64,000 nt of DNA. It comes from Rickettsia typhi. Lineage in GTDB: Bacteria > Pseudomonadota > Alphaproteobacteria > WRAU01 > Hepatincolaceae. The position numbers were made by a program, and so were the translations under genes. The stretch's first letter is position 1, and each line of letters starts with the position of its first letter. Shown in pieces: positions 40,426-48,659 of the stretch. The DNA is taken from positions 1,560-65,559 of the forward strand of contig CAMCZU010000003.1 of the NCBI GenBank assembly GCA_945888065.1. Direction: 5' to 3'. Under the pieces are notes generated by a model. It did not search any database. It worked only from the letters and a program-made list of their open reading frames with translations, and was not told the origin of the DNA.

Positions 40426-40427
40426 TT

Positions 40428-41174
40428 ATGTATAGATATAAATTTAATGTTGAATATGATGGGACTTTGTTTTGTGGATGGCAAAAACAAAAAAATGTTC
40501 CTAATACTATTCAAGAAAAATTAGAAACTGCTATTTTTAATTTTAGTGGCATTAAAGTGGATGTTTGTGGGGCAGGTAGAACCGATGCTGGTGTGCATTC
40601 AATAGGGCAAGTAGCTCATTTTGATTTAAATAAAAAAATAGAGTCTTATGTAGTAAATAATGCAATAAATTTTTATTTGAAATGTTCTGGCATTAGTGTT
40701 TATAATGTTGAATGTTTGGGGGAAAATTCAATCTTTCATTCTAGATTTTCTGCTAAAGAAAGAACATATATTTATAAAATGATGTGTAGAAATTACCCTT
40801 TAACATTTCAAAGTAAAATGTATTGGCTTGTGTGTAAAAAATTAAATATTGATGCAATGACAGAAAGTGCTAATTTTTTATTGGGGACTCACGATTTTTC
40901 TACATTTCGTGCTTCTAATTGTCAATCTAAAAGTCCTATTAAAACCCTTTCTCAAATTAAAATTAAAGACTATAATGATAATATTGAAATTATAGTTTCT
41001 GCTCCTTCTTTTTTATATCATCAAGTAAGAAATATTGTGGGAGCATTATATTTTGTTGGCTTAAATAAGTGGAGTGTAAAAGATTTTCTGAATGCTTTTT
41101 TATTAAAAGATAGAACAAAAGGGGCTATTACAGCTCCAGCTTATGGATTATATTTTTATAAGGTTGATTATTAA
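40428..41174 (+). CDS. truA: tRNA pseudouridine38-40 synthase TruA
   Basis: MYRYKFNVEYDGTLFCGWQKQ is a typical TruA start. GAGRTDAGVHS carries the catalytic Asp. The ORF-track start (TTG 40377) would run through the upstream terminator hairpin. Confidence 0.93.
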   Translation: MYRYKFNVEYDGTLFCGWQKQKNVPNTIQEKLETAIFNFSGIKVDVCGAGRTDAGVHSIGQVAHFDLNKKIESYVVNNAINFYLKCSGISVYNVECLGENSIFHSRFSAKERTYIYKMMCRNYPLTFQSKMYWLVCKKLNIDAMTESANFLLGTHDFSTFRASNCQSKSPIKTLSQIKIKDYNDNIEIIVSAPSFLYHQVRNIVGALYFVGLNKWSVKDFLNAFLLKDRTKGAITAPAYGLYFYKVDY

Positions 41175-41210
41175 AAAATGAATTTTGATATATGTGTGGA
41201 GATATTTTAA

Positions 41211-42749
41211 ATGATATATATTTATAACATAAAAATAGCTTTTTTAGCTTTTATAATCACTTTGTTTAGTGTATATATTGTGTTTGCAAAAGATGTTGAT
41301 GACAACACAAATACTAAAAAATTTATTATTTTTCATACAAGCGATGTAAACGGAATGCTTGTAGGAGATGAATTACATATTGGATATGCAAAATTATTTA
41401 CTCTTCTTCAGGAAGAGAGGAAAAAAAATAAAAATGTTTTATTGTTAGATTCTGGAGATACTTTGTTTGGAACTATTTTAGCAAATTCTTCTAGAGGTGA
41501 ATTGTCTATTGATATATTAAATGAACTAGGATTAAGTGCTTATGTTCCTGGTAATAATGATTTTTATTATGATTATTCACAATTAGAATCTTTAAAAAAA
41601 CGTGCTGATTTTCCTATGTTAGTAGCTAATATTATTGAACAAAATGGGAATAAAAGTATTTTTGCAAAAAATTTAATGATTAATTTGGATGGTTATAAAA
41701 TTGGTATTTTTGGTTTAATGAATCCACAGCTTTTACAAAACTCATCTAATATTACCAAGAAAAATTTAGCTTTTTTGGATCCTATCAATGTTGCAAAATC
41801 ACAAGTAAAGCTATTACAAAATCAAGGTGCTAACCTAATAATTGCACTAACTCATTTGGGTTTGGAAGGTTCTACTTCTTTGGAATATAGAAGTTTATCT
41901 TTATCTAATATTGAAGGGTTAGATTTAATTTTAGATGGACATTCTCAGTTAGCTTTATCTAATGGTTTAAGTGTGTCTAAAACTTTAATTAGCCAATCAG
42001 GAAGCGATTTAGAGTATGTAGGGAAAATTACTATAGAAGTTAATGATATGAATGAAACTCATATTGTATACGAAATTTTATCTATTGATGATTTTGTAAA
42101 TATTAAAGAAGATAAATCTATTTTAAAGATTATTAAGTCATATGAGGAAGGTAAAGATAAACGTTATAATGATTTTACATATGATTTACCTGTAGATTTA
42201 TATGCAGAGAGAGATAATATTAGAAGGCAACCTACAACTTTTTCTATTTTGCTATGTGATGCACTAAAAAATTCTACTAATGTTGATATTGTTATGATAA
42301 ATGCTGGAATGATTAAGAGGTCTATGTTTGCAGGTAAAATAACTTATGATGATATTTTTGCAAGTTTGCCTTTTGAAAATACAGGTATAGTAGTTGAGAT
42401 TAAGGGTTGGGAAATTAAGTCTATCTTAGAAAAAAGTGTATCTAAATTGCCAGATTATTGGGGTGGATTTTTGCAAACTTCTGGCATTACTTATGATGTT
42501 GATGCACAGCAACCAGTAGGAAATAGGGTTAGCAATATTAAGGTTGCTAATATTAGCATCAATAATGATGCTAATTATAAAATTTTGATTAATAATTTTT
42601 TATATAATGGCAGAGACGGATATATTGATTTTATTGATAGACCTATTATTGAAAAAATAGGAAATATAGACTTAATTTTTATGAATTTTTTAAAAAAAAC
42701 ATCATTAGACAAATATGAATTTACTAGCTCTATTAAATTTTTAAATTAA
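41211..42749 (+). CDS. Secreted bifunctional metallophosphatase/5'-nucleotidase homologue (UshA family) with substituted active-site residues
   Basis: Signal peptide. Calcineurin-like motifs are present but altered: HTSDVNG (normally D-x-H-G), LDSGDTLFG, GNNDF (normally GNHEF), LTHLG, DGHSQ. A C-terminal 5'-nucleotidase domain follows. Confidence 0.8.
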   Translation: MIYIYNIKIAFLAFIITLFSVYIVFAKDVDDNTNTKKFIIFHTSDVNGMLVGDELHIGYAKLFTLLQEERKKNKNVLLLDSGDTLFGTILANSSRGELSIDILNELGLSAYVPGNNDFYYDYSQLESLKKRADFPMLVANIIEQNGNKSIFAKNLMINLDGYKIGIFGLMNPQLLQNSSNITKKNLAFLDPINVAKSQVKLLQNQGANLIIALTHLGLEGSTSLEYRSLSLSNIEGLDLILDGHSQLALSNGLSVSKTLISQSGSDLEYVGKITIEVNDMNETHIVYEILSIDDFVNIKEDKSILKIIKSYEEGKDKRYNDFTYDLPVDLYAERDNIRRQPTTFSILLCDALKNSTNVDIVMINAGMIKRSMFAGKITYDDIFASLPFENTGIVVEIKGWEIKSILEKSVSKLPDYWGGFLQTSGITYDVDAQQPVGNRVSNIKVANISINNDANYKILINNFLYNGRDGYIDFIDRPIIEKIGNIDLIFMNFLKKTSLDKYEFTSSIKFLN

Positions 42750-42764
42750 AATATTAGTATAAAT

Positions 42765-45200
42765 ATGCATAAAAACAAATTATATTTTGGGTTAATTTCT
42801 TTTATAATAATGTTTTTAGGGACTTTGCTATTAATAATTTTATTAAGTGTAGATTATAAACAAGCTTCTTTAAACTCTACATCTATGGCTAATAGTTTTG
42901 ATAGTTTTGAATTGTTTAGAAATTATATTGCAGATATTTTTTTACAAACTTTTGGGATTGCTTCTTATTTGGTTTCTTTTGTATTATTATCATATAGTTA
43001 TCAAATTTTTTTTCATAAAAAAATTAAATTCTTTTTGTTAAAAATTACTTTATTAGTGTTTTTAATGATTTTTTTACCTGCTTTGATTTGCAATATGGTA
43101 GACAAATACCATTGTGGTATTTTAGGTTTGTTTATTTCACAAAGTTTTACTTTTATAAATAATTTACAAATATATTTTTTAATAGGTTTTGCAATCTTAT
43201 ATTTATATATTTTATCTTTTAGTATTAGTGATTTAATGTATTTTTTTAAAATTATAAATTATATAGTATTTAGTGTTTTTAATAATCTAAAAAGAGTTTT
43301 TTTGTCAAAAGGATATGATGCATATAAAAATGAAAAAGTAATCATTCAAGCTGTTCCTAATATTGGTTATATTAAAACAATGATATCTAAAGTTGCATTG
43401 TTTTCCAATCATAAGAAAGATTTGCAACACATAGAAGATAATAATTCTATTATGCCTACATTAAATGATAATACTCTCAATGATAATTATGAAGATAACA
43501 ATACAAATTATATAGATAAAGATAATTTTTTATCTAATAGCCCATTTTTAAAAAATTATAAAATAAACAAAGGGAATGCTAAAAAAGAAAGCATTGTAAA
43601 AACTAATGAAAATGAAAATAATAATAATCAAGATACTAATCAAGATATTTTAGAATCAGAGATAGCTAATGATAGCAATGAAAATGTTGATAATTTAATT
43701 TTAGACTTAGCAAAAGAAAAAAAACTTTTAGAAGAGAAAAAACAAGTTATAAAAAATTATCATAATTATGCAATCCCATTAGATTTTTTAAGCATCGTAA
43801 AATCACAACATAATATTAAGCCCACTGAAATTAAAGAAAATGCCCTTAAATTAGAAAAAATAATTGAAGAATTTGGCATTAATGGAAAAATAGTTAATAT
43901 AAAAACAGGTCCAGTTGTTACCTTATATGAAATTGTTATACCAGCTGGGGTAAAAACCTCTAAGCTTATTTCTTTAGAAACAGATATTGCATTAAGAATG
44001 AAAGCTATATCTGTAAGAATAGCAATTGTTCCAGGTAAAGATGTAATAGGTATAGAATTACCTAATAAAAATCGCAAAACAGTTTATTTAAAAGAGATTA
44101 TACAAAGTCCTGATTTTATAAATTCATCTGCTAAATTACCTATTGCATTGGGTTATGATATTAATGGTAAGCCTGTTGTTGCTGATTTATCTTCTATGCC
44201 TCATTTATTAATAGCAGGGACTACAGGATCTGGTAAATCGGTTGGTGTTAATGGTATGATTTTATCTTTATTATACAAACTTAATCCAGATAAATGTAAG
44301 TTAATAATGATTGATCCTAAAATGCTAGAATTATCTGTATATCAAGATATACCACATTTAATTACCCCTGTGGTAACAAATCCAAAACAAGCAATTTCTG
44401 CATTAAAATGGGTTGTAAAAGAAATGGAGTATCGTTATTATCAAATGTCTCTTTTGGGTGTAAGAAATATTAGTGGTTTTAATGAAAAAATTAATGATAT
44501 AAATTTTATAGAAAAAATTAGGCGTCAAACTTTATTAAATCAAGGTATAGATGTTAAATTTGAATATATGCCATACATAGTGGTTATTATAGATGAAATG
44601 GCAGATTTAATGATTGTAGCAGGAAAAGAAGTAGAAAGCGCTGTTCAACGCCTTGCACAAATGGCAAGAGCTTCTGGCATACATTTAATAATGGCTACAC
44701 AACGACCATCTGTTGATGTTATTACTGGAACCATTAAGGCTAACTTTCCTACTAGAATTAGTTTTCAGGTTAGTTCTAAGATAGATAGTAGGACAATTTT
44801 AGGAGAGCAAGGTGCAGAGCAACTTTTGGGGCGTGGAGATATGTTATATATGTCAGGAGTTGGTAGGATACAAAGAGTTCATGGACCTTTTATTGCAGAT
44901 GAAGAGGTTTTTAATATTGTAGAATATTTAAAAACTCTTTCTCCTCCATCTTATATTGATAATCTAAATAATTCACTAACCAATATAGAAAATAGTGATA
45001 AATCTGAAGGCGATAAAGATGAATTATTTGATGAAGCTTTAGATGTTATTAAAGAAGAGGGCAAAGCATCTACAAGCTTTTTACAACGTAAGTTTCAAAT
45101 AGGATACAATAGAGCAGCAAGAATAATGGAACAGCTTGAAGATGCAGGTATTGTATCTAAAGCTAATGCTACAGGGAAAAGAGATATTTTAATTAAATAA
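42765..45200 (+). CDS. ftsK: DNA translocase FtsK
   Basis: N-terminal TM domain, Asn-rich linker, motor domain (GTTGSGKSV, IVVIIDEMADLM, ATQRPSVDVITG) and gamma winged helix (FLQRKFQIGYNRAARIMEQLE). Confidence 0.97.
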   Translation: MHKNKLYFGLISFIIMFLGTLLLIILLSVDYKQASLNSTSMANSFDSFELFRNYIADIFLQTFGIASYLVSFVLLSYSYQIFFHKKIKFFLLKITLLVFLMIFLPALICNMVDKYHCGILGLFISQSFTFINNLQIYFLIGFAILYLYILSFSISDLMYFFKIINYIVFSVFNNLKRVFLSKGYDAYKNEKVIIQAVPNIGYIKTMISKVALFSNHKKDLQHIEDNNSIMPTLNDNTLNDNYEDNNTNYIDKDNFLSNSPFLKNYKINKGNAKKESIVKTNENENNNNQDTNQDILESEIANDSNENVDNLILDLAKEKKLLEEKKQVIKNYHNYAIPLDFLSIVKSQHNIKPTEIKENALKLEKIIEEFGINGKIVNIKTGPVVTLYEIVIPAGVKTSKLISLETDIALRMKAISVRIAIVPGKDVIGIELPNKNRKTVYLKEIIQSPDFINSSAKLPIALGYDINGKPVVADLSSMPHLLIAGTTGSGKSVGVNGMILSLLYKLNPDKCKLIMIDPKMLELSVYQDIPHLITPVVTNPKQAISALKWVVKEMEYRYYQMSLLGVRNISGFNEKINDINFIEKIRRQTLLNQGIDVKFEYMPYIVVIIDEMADLMIVAGKEVESAVQRLAQMARASGIHLIMATQRPSVDVITGTIKANFPTRISFQVSSKIDSRTILGEQGAEQLLGRGDMLYMSGVGRIQRVHGPFIADEEVFNIVEYLKTLSPPSYIDNLNNSLTNIENSDKSEGDKDELFDEALDVIKEEGKASTSFLQRKFQIGYNRAARIMEQLEDAGIVSKANATGKRDILIK

Positions 45201-45216
45201 TTGAAGGTTAAATAAA

Positions 45217-45867
45217 ATGTTAAAGTTATATTATTGTATATTTTTTATAGTTGCCGTGGTATTTGTCAATGTATTATTTGCCAAAAATGATTCTTTATCT
45301 AAAAGTGCAATTGATGAAATTAAAAAAATTGATATTTTGTATTCTCAATATAAATCTATTAAATCTCAGTTTATACAAAAAGATAATCTTGGCAATACTG
45401 CTAGTGGGTGGTTTGTAATTCAAAAGCCAGGATTAGCAAGAATAGAGTATAAAGATATTCCAATAAGATTTATTGCAAATAATAATTCTTTATTGTTTCA
45501 AGATTTGCAATTAAAACAAAAGTCTTTTTTTCCAATTAATGCATCTCCTTTTTCATACTTACTAGATAAAAATTTTTCTTTTTTAAGTGATAAAATTAAA
45601 ATAATAAATTATCAGGTGTTTGAAGATTATATTAGTATTACCATAAAAAGCTCTCAAAATCTAGACATTGGCAGTTTAACATTGTTTTTAAGCAAAGATA
45701 AAGCAGAGCTTATTAAATGGAGTATTGTTGATGCTAAAGGTATATCTAGTGATATATTTTTAATTTCTCCAGAATTTTCAGAGTTTTCTTTTACAAATCA
45801 GGCAATATTTAATGTGCAAAAAATTAAATCAATAACATTTAAAGAATTACACTTTAAGTCCGATTAA
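45217..45867 (+). CDS. lolA: Outer-membrane lipoprotein carrier protein LolA
   Basis: Signal peptide. SQFIQKDNLGNTASGWFVIQKPGLARIEY...LLFQD fits the LolA pattern. Conserved ftsK-lolA adjacency. Confidence 0.85.
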   Translation: MLKLYYCIFFIVAVVFVNVLFAKNDSLSKSAIDEIKKIDILYSQYKSIKSQFIQKDNLGNTASGWFVIQKPGLARIEYKDIPIRFIANNNSLLFQDLQLKQKSFFPINASPFSYLLDKNFSFLSDKIKIINYQVFEDYISITIKSSQNLDIGSLTLFLSKDKAELIKWSIVDAKGISSDIFLISPEFSEFSFTNQAIFNVQKIKSITFKELHFKSD

Positions 45868-46490
45868 ATTATTAAATATGATTGTTGATGTTTTTTTATT
45901 TGTAAATCAAAATTATTAATTTTGAATTTTTTTCTAATAGAGTTTATATGTGTTTCTATAGTATTGCTTTGTATATCTTTTGATTTGTCTTTAATATTCC
46001 AAATAATAGATAACAAGTCTTGTTGCAATACTGGCTGATTGTAGTTGTGAATTAATTCTCTTAAAACAATGCTTTCATTTTGAGTAAATGTAATTTTAAT
46101 TTTTGTAATAGTATTTGTTATTGATAAAAGATTATTATCTATGTTTGCTTGAAAATCCTTAAATTTGTATATATTATGGATATTCTCTTCTTTATTTTCA
46201 ATGATTGAAATAAGATTCTGTAAATTTATAGGTGTATATAATATAGAGATATCTAATTTATGTTTGTCTAAAAAAAACAAATCAGTAGATATAATAATGC
46301 AATTATCATAATGTTCATTGTTAATTTCATTAAAAAAGATATTTTCTGTAATAAGAAAGTTTTTATTAAAATCAATGGTTGCTAAATTAGTTTCATTAGT
46401 AATAGTTATTCTATCTTTAAAATACTCATTTAGTTTTTTTGTTATCCAATTAGCTATAATATCATTTTTAAATTTTATAATAATGTTCAT
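45864..46490 (-). CDS. OmpR/PhoB-type winged-helix regulator with degenerate receiver-like N-terminal domain
   Basis: The C-terminus ITFTQNESIVLRELI...SNTIETHINSIRKKF...SYLI matches the Trans_reg_C pattern. The N-terminus lacks the acidic DD pair after beta1 and has Thr where the conserved receiver Lys (KP) is expected (YTPINL). Confidence 0.7.
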   Translation of the reverse strand: MNIIIKFKNDIIANWITKKLNEYFKDRITITNETNLATIDFNKNFLITENIFFNEINNEHYDNCIIISTDLFFLDKHKLDISILYTPINLQNLISIIENKEENIHNIYKFKDFQANIDNNLLSITNTITKIKITFTQNESIVLRELIHNYNQPVLQQDLLSIIWNIKDKSKDIQSNTIETHINSIRKKFKINNFDLQIKKHQQSYLII

Positions 46491-46492
46491 TA

Positions 46493-47143
46493 TTAATTTT
46501 CTTGAAAAATTTTTTTGCCTATTCTAAGGTAAGTAGATCCATTTTTAATTGCTTCTATGTAATCATCGCTCATACCCATACTTAAATTTTGTAAGTTGTA
46601 TATTTTGGATAATTCATATGTTTTTTTAAAATCATCAATACCATTATTGCTCATACACATTAATCCATTTATAGGTAATTTTATTATTTTACAATATTCA
46701 ATTAAGTTATTAATATTTTCAATTGATATTCCATTTTTATTATTTTTGTATGGTGTATAATTAATTTGAATAAAAAATTTTTTTTCTTTGTAAGCAGGGT
46801 TTTTTGTAAGAATAGATAGTATTTTATCTGCTGTTTTTATATTATCAATTGTATGAATATAGTCAAATAAATTTAAAATTTTTACCAATTTGTTAGTTTG
46901 TATTTTTCCTATAAAATGTAGTTTTATAAAAGGATATATCTTTTTAAGATTAATCCATTTTTCTTCAGCTTCTTGAAGGTAATTTTCTCCAAAATTAGTG
47001 ATATTATTTTTAATCGCTTCTATAATTTTTGATTCATTAATACCTTTGCTTACTGCAATAATTTTAATATTTTTATTAAATAAAGAAGATGTAGAATATT
47101 TAATAATATTGTTATTAATAATTTGTATATTATTTGAAATCAT
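46493..47143 (-). CDS. yggS: YggS-family pyridoxal-phosphate homeostasis protein
   Basis: IIAVSKG (PLP Lys), HFIGKIQTNK and LSMGMSDDYIEAI. Confidence 0.92.
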   Translation of the reverse strand: MISNNIQIINNNIIKYSTSSLFNKNIKIIAVSKGINESKIIEAIKNNITNFGENYLQEAEEKWINLKKIYPFIKLHFIGKIQTNKLVKILNLFDYIHTIDNIKTADKILSILTKNPAYKEKKFFIQINYTPYKNNKNGISIENINNLIEYCKIIKLPINGLMCMSNNGIDDFKKTYELSKIYNLQNLSMGMSDDYIEAIKNGSTYLRIGKKIFQEN

Positions 47144-48156
47144 AGCTTCATACCAACCCCAGTAATTATGCCAAGGCTATTATTAAAATCAAAGTTTTCA
47201 TAAAAAATCGCTCCATTAATATAAAAATTATTTTTTAAATGATAAATTATATTTAATTCATTTAAATTATTAATATATTTGTCTGTGCCACTAATAATAT
47301 GTGATTGTGATAATCGTATTCCAGCTTGTATTGCTAATATTTCATAATATATTTCTTCAGTGGTTATGTAATAATTGCTAGTATTAACAGGAGAATTTAA
47401 AATATCATTATTGCCTTTTAAGTAACCAATTTTAATCGTAGAACCTAAAAAACTAGATGTAGCAGTAATAGAGTAATCTTGTGAATTTGTGTTTATATAT
47501 TGTCTTATTCCTGCTGTTAATCCGTATCCCCATCCTTTATATTCATCGTAATATATGATTGCCCCATCTAATAAGGATTTATTATCAGTTACAGATTTGC
47601 TATTATAATTAGTTAGGCTTAAATTCATATTTGGAGTGAATGTAAGTGCAAAATTTAATACATCTTGAATTTGTTCAAATTTATATGAAATACTAAATGC
47701 ACTATTATTATTTAAATTTGCATTAGATAAAATATAAAAGTTATTGCTATTATTTAAGCGACTAAGCGACTGAAATCCAAAATAATAAGTAGTATTGTTC
47801 GCAAAGTTATCATAAAAATAGTCAGAGGATAGTGTTGGCATAAATCCAACATAAAAGCTATTTTTTTTATCTAAAAAATTAAAAGAATATTTGTTATACA
47901 AATGATTGGTAAAATTTATTTTATTGTTGTTGTGATTAAGATTATACAAATACTCAGGCTCTTGCAATAAAAAATCTATATGAAATTCATTATTATTATT
48001 ATTAAATGTGTTAATCCAATAACCTCTAGTAATAATACTTTTATCATTAAAATTATAATTAAAATTTAATAAAATATTATTTTCATAATAAAAGCTATAT
48101 AGCTTTAGTGTATAAAATAAAAAATAAAAAACTAATATTAAAAATATATGCTTCAT
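47140..48156 (-). CDS. Putative outer-membrane beta-barrel (porin-like) protein
   Basis: A signal-like start MKHIFLILVFYFLFYTLKLYS lies at codon 35 of the track ORF. The track start at 48258 would overlap the divergent gene. The body is Asn/Tyr/Gly-rich with alternating strands (GWGYGLTAGIRQY, IQAGIRLS) and ends GIITGVGMKL. Its stop overlaps the yggS start by 4 nt. Confidence 0.55.
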   Translation of the reverse strand: MKHIFLILVFYFLFYTLKLYSFYYENNILLNFNYNFNDKSIITRGYWINTFNNNNNEFHIDFLLQEPEYLYNLNHNNNKINFTNHLYNKYSFNFLDKKNSFYVGFMPTLSSDYFYDNFANNTTYYFGFQSLSRLNNSNNFYILSNANLNNNSAFSISYKFEQIQDVLNFALTFTPNMNLSLTNYNSKSVTDNKSLLDGAIIYYDEYKGWGYGLTAGIRQYINTNSQDYSITATSSFLGSTIKIGYLKGNNDILNSPVNTSNYYITTEEIYYEILAIQAGIRLSQSHIISGTDKYINNLNELNIIYHLKNNFYINGAIFYENFDFNNSLGIITGVGMKL

Positions 48157-48251
48157 TATAGTAATGCTTTTAGAATTATATTGTAATTTTTTATATTTTA
48201 ATATAAATATTAATATATAAATATATGTAATTATTAACAAATAATAAAAAA

Positions 48252-48659
48252 ATGACAAGAATAATATATATAGTTGTTTTAATTTTTAATATCTTCTTTT
48301 GTAATTTTGCGTGGTCTGCTTCACAGGCTCCTTTTAAGCTAGGTGTTAATAGATTTGCTTGGTATGCTTCTTTACAAACAATTAATTTTATGCCTCTTGC
48401 ATCTGCAGATCCTTTTTCAGGTGTAATTATTACAGATTGGTATCAGGTAAATGAAAATGAAAAATATAAAATAATAGTATATATTTTAGAAGAAAATTTA
48501 ACATCAAACACTATTAATGTTAAGGTATTTAAGCAAATTAAAAATTCAGGTGTTTGGTTGGATAATATGGTTAATTCTTCTGTCCCATTAAAAATTGAAG
48601 AATCAATTCTTAATTTAGCTAGGCAATTAAGAATCCAATATTCTTTGAGGAATAAATGA
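48252..48659 (+). CDS. DUF3576-like periplasmic/lipoprotein
   Basis: Signal peptide. RFAWYASLQTINFMPLASADPFSGVIITDWYQ matches my memory of the DUF3576 core (FMPLASADPFGGVIITDWY). It sits upstream of leuS, as in other alphaproteobacteria. Confidence 0.72.
   Translation: MTRIIYIVVLIFNIFFCNFAWSASQAPFKLGVNRFAWYASLQTINFMPLASADPFSGVIITDWYQVNENEKYKIIVYILEENLTSNTINVKVFKQIKNSGVWLDNMVNSSVPLKIEESILNLARQLRIQYSLRNK

Noticed and set aside
40377-40427. 17-codon N-terminal extension of truA from a TTG start (ORF track)
   Set aside because: The extension would be translated through an 11-bp-stem terminator hairpin belonging to the upstream gene. The canonical TruA N-terminus begins at ATG 40428.
43766-44077. 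103-aa ORF antisense to the ftsK motor domain
   Set aside because: The opposite strand encodes the highly conserved FtsK ATPase region. This is a shadow ORF.
48157-48258. 34-codon N-terminal extension of the porin-like gene
   Set aside because: It would overlap the divergent DUF3576-like gene start and precede the obvious signal peptide. It is more likely promoter DNA read as Ile/Tyr/Leu-rich peptide.
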